Part shown: piece by piece, positions 38,257-40,672 of the stretch
Layout of the letters: each line of letters opens with the position of its first letter
How positions within the stretch are numbered: the first letter of the stretch is position 1
Origin: an uncultured Pseudorhodobacter sp.
GTDB taxonomy: Bacteria; Pseudomonadota; Alphaproteobacteria; Rhodobacterales; Rhodobacteraceae
Direction: 5' to 3'
Length of the DNA stretch: 40,672 nt
Assembly: GCA_945957495.1 (NCBI GenBank)
Contig: CAMFLG010000001.1
Coordinates: 1-40,672 of the forward strand
Program-made: the position numbers and the translations under genes
Notes under the pieces: generated by a model
The model's database searches: none
What the model saw: only the letters and a program-made list of their open reading frames with translations
What the model was told of the DNA's origin: nothing

Positions 38257-38334
38257 TGGCGGTCTTTCAAGCTCGGATATCTGGAAAGTGGTGACCAGAA
38301 TATGCGGGCGGCTTAACACATAGGTCGCGGCCAC

Positions 38335-38350
38335 CATACAAATCTGTAAG
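38335..38350. promoter_or_regulatory. cop-box-like palindrome in the regulator's own divergent promoter
   Basis: CATACA-AATC-TGTAAG (reverse strand CTTACA-GATT-TGTATG). Confidence 0.62.
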
Positions 38351-38429
38351 CTGGGCGAAAGTTGGCTGCATGTTTGCCGGTTCAGAAGCGCCAAGGCCGG
38401 GTCACCTCCGGCATCAACCGGAGCAAACC

Positions 38430-38831
38430 ATGAGACAACTTCTCCTTGCCACGGCGCTGATCGCGCTGCCCGTGGCCGCCTTTACCGGCTACAATGTCTA
38501 CGAGGCCAAGGCGGCGGTCACGGCCAACGCCCCATCTGCCAGTCTTGGCGACCTGTCCAGCTTCAGAACGATCATCACCGATGTCCAAGCCATTGCCGCG
38601 AAGGGCGACCTCGTGGCGGCAAAGACCCGTGTCAAGGACTTTGAAATTGCCTGGGACGACAATGAAACCGGCCTGAAGCCGATGGACCCCGCCCATTGGG
38701 GCATGATCGACGAAGCCGCTGATGGTGCATTCACGGCCTTGCGCAGCGGCAATCCGGATCCTGCCCTTGTCACCGAAGCGCTGGTTGCGTTGCAGGCGTC
38801 ACTGCAAGATGCGGCGCAGGTGACGCAATGA
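38430..38831 (+). CDS. Exported helical protein coupled to the DUF347 gene
   Basis: GGAG RBS, signal/TM, LGDLSSFR..KGDLVAAKTRVKDFEIAWD; ATGA overlap with the next gene. Confidence 0.8.
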   Translation: MRQLLLATALIALPVAAFTGYNVYEAKAAVTANAPSASLGDLSSFRTIITDVQAIAAKGDLVAAKTRVKDFEIAWDDNETGLKPMDPAHWGMIDEAADGAFTALRSGNPDPALVTEALVALQASLQDAAQVTQ

Positions 38832-39634
38832 CCGCCATTTCTTCATCCGATCAGAAGGTTCCTCCCGTGCAGACTTCTGCTGTCGTCTATAATCGCGTGC
38901 CCGCCGTCACCGCAGATTTCTGGCTGATCAAACTGATGGCCGTGACCATGGGGGAAACTGCGGCGGACTACCTTGCCGTCAACCTCGGCTTCGGACTGAC
39001 GACGACTTCTCTGATCATGTCGGCCATTCTGATCGGTGCGCTTGTGCTGCAATTCGCGCAGAAGCGCTATGTGCCGTGGTCCTATTGGCTTGCTGTTGTG
39101 CTGATCAGCATCGTCGGCACTTTGGTGACCGACAACCTGGTGGACAACTTCGGCGTTTCGCTGATGACCACAACGATCCTGTTCACTGGGGCACTTGCTG
39201 CCACATTCGCGGTCTGGTTCGCCTCTGAGAGGACCCTGTCGATCCATGCGATCTTCACCACGAAGCGCGAGGCTTTTTACTGGCTCGCGATCCTGTTCAC
39301 CTTTGCCTTGGGAACGGCGGCTGGCGATCTGGTGGCCGAAGCCTTCGGCCTAGGATACCTCGCCACCGGCGTTTTGTTCGGAATGATCATTGCTTCGCTG
39401 ACGTTTGGCTATTTCTTCCTTGGCCTCGATCCGATCCTTGGCTTCTGGCTCGCCTACATCTTCACACGACCCTTAGGCGCCTCCTTCGGCGATCTCCTGT
39501 CGCAACCGATCCAATATGGCGGCTTTGGCCTTGGTACGATTATCACAAGCGCCCTGTTCCTTGGGACGATCATAGCCATTGTTGCCTGGATGAGTTTCAG
39601 TCGCCGTGGTGAGGACGGCGCAATTTTGAGCTGA
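38828..39634 (+). CDS. COG4705/DUF347-repeat membrane protein
   Basis: RVPAVT..FWLIK..TMGETAAD; repeated YW.....GT...D units; FTRPLGASFGD. Confidence 0.88.
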   Translation: MTAISSSDQKVPPVQTSAVVYNRVPAVTADFWLIKLMAVTMGETAADYLAVNLGFGLTTTSLIMSAILIGALVLQFAQKRYVPWSYWLAVVLISIVGTLVTDNLVDNFGVSLMTTTILFTGALAATFAVWFASERTLSIHAIFTTKREAFYWLAILFTFALGTAAGDLVAEAFGLGYLATGVLFGMIIASLTFGYFFLGLDPILGFWLAYIFTRPLGASFGDLLSQPIQYGGFGLGTIITSALFLGTIIAIVAWMSFSRRGEDGAILS

Positions 39635-39646
39635 CAAAGGCGCATT

Positions 39647-39681
39647 TGACGCCGGCATCAAACCTTTGGCTGCCGGCGTCA
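39647..39681. terminator. Inverted repeat after the DUF347 gene
   Basis: TGACGCCGGCA-13 nt-TGCCGGCGTCA. Confidence 0.55.
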
Positions 39682-39909
39682 TCCAATATTTGCCAAAGAT
39701 CGTCCTGCCGAAACTAAAGAGGCTTCAGGCCCAGCTCCAAGTACTCAACTGGGCGACCGCTTTGGCTAAAGGCGCGAAACTCGCTCAAAGACCGCTTTCC
39801 GCCCTTTGTGACGTTCCAAGCATGATAGACGCAGTCGGCCAATGGCTTTCGTCTCTTGACCGCTGGATCCAATTCCAATTCTGGTGAGAAAGATCGCGCT
39901 AAAGGACGC

Positions 39910-40671
39910 TCAAACCCAATCAGCAAAAGGTAGCCAAACTTCGGCCACCCCTCTTACGCCACCCCGCCTTTCGAGTTGCACAACCAAATCTACCGACCCC
40001 ACGCAGTATCGCTTCACCTCCTCAAACCCCATCCCGAGCCCTGAGGCCATCACCATGATGGCCAACCGATCAATGGCCTTTCGCGCCGTATCGGCATGGA
40101 TCGTCGTGAACGACCCACCGTGCCCGGTATTGATCGCTTCCAGAAACGTCCGGCTCTCCTCGCCACGCAACTCGCCCAGGATGATCCTATCCGGCCGCAT
40201 CCGAAGCGATGCCTCCAGGAGCCGCGCCGGTGTCCGTTCCCCCTGCGAGTTCCGGTCGGCCTTCAATGCCACGACATTCGCTTGGTTTGGGAACAGCTCA
40301 TAAGCATCCTCAATGGTCACCAGCCGTTCAGCAGAGTCTACCATCGCCAAAAGCGATCGCGCAAAGGTGGTCTTCCCCGTCGATGTCCCCCCAGAAATCA
40401 GCACGTTCAGCCGCTTGCGCACGCAAAGCCGCATCGCAGCCTCGACATTGCCGACCTCTGCCAATGCCAGGACTTCTTTCCCGAGCTCCCGCTTGCGATG
40501 ATCCAGATCGATCAATGACCCGTGCAGAAGCGTCGGCTTGATCGGCGCATCTGCCGCGAGTTTGAACGGCCGCAGGGTGATCGCCATTCCACCTTCGACG
40601 ATAGGCGGCGCCACGACTTGCGCCCGGATCGCCATGGCTCCCCAGGTGATCTTCCCTGACACAGTCGGCTT
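39910..40671 (-). CDS. virB11: VirB11-type type IV secretion ATPase (5' end outside the window)
   Basis: SGGTSTGKT, TIEDAYEL, LRMRPDRIILGELRG, NTGHGGSFTTIHAD; frame stays open to the window edge. Confidence 0.88.
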   Translation of the reverse strand, partial: KPTVSGKITWGAMAIRAQVVAPPIVEGGMAITLRPFKLAADAPIKPTLLHGSLIDLDHRKRELGKEVLALAEVGNVEAAMRLCVRKRLNVLISGGTSTGKTTFARSLLAMVDSAERLVTIEDAYELFPNQANVVALKADRNSQGERTPARLLEASLRMRPDRIILGELRGEESRTFLEAINTGHGGSFTTIHADTARKAIDRLAIMVMASGLGMGFEEVKRYCVGSVDLVVQLERRGGVRGVAEVWLPFADWV

Positions 40672-40672
40672 C

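Noticed and set aside
39666-39926. Short ORFs between the DUF347 gene and virB11
   Set aside because: No RBS or recognisable motif; not evidently a transposase remnant.
1-40672. tRNA, rRNA, IS elements, integrase
   Set aside because: None recognisable by eye; tRNAscan, Rfam and ISfinder searches would be needed to exclude small remnants.

Overview
GC-rich alphaproteobacterial (Rhodobacteraceae-like, by inference) heavy-metal resistance island. It abuts a VirB11 ATPase gene at the right edge, so it is probably plasmid or ICE cargo. Contents: cueR-copA/copZ, a second Cu(I)-ATPase, a multicopper oxidase, CusBA, a Zn/Cd P1B-2 ATPase with its MerR regulator, a broken NreB-like MFS gene, two two-component systems, and a PepSY/ABC/MFS/cytochrome b/PAP2/DUF347 module marked by cop-box-like palindromes. 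Most striking are three small exported Cys-motif proteins ending in RPP/PPR (CutF/DUF2946-like leaders). Each is followed by an mRNA stem that pairs the end of the leader with the next gene's ribosome-binding region. One heads the multicopper oxidase (known cutFO logic) and one heads YtkA-CusBA. The third heads an unusual, tightly coupled operon: cytochrome c', diheme cytochrome c, YtkA-like protein, CxxC membrane protein and an orphan PBP2, followed by a Met-rich HdeA/B-like gene. All calls are by eye; no database searches or folding programs were run.
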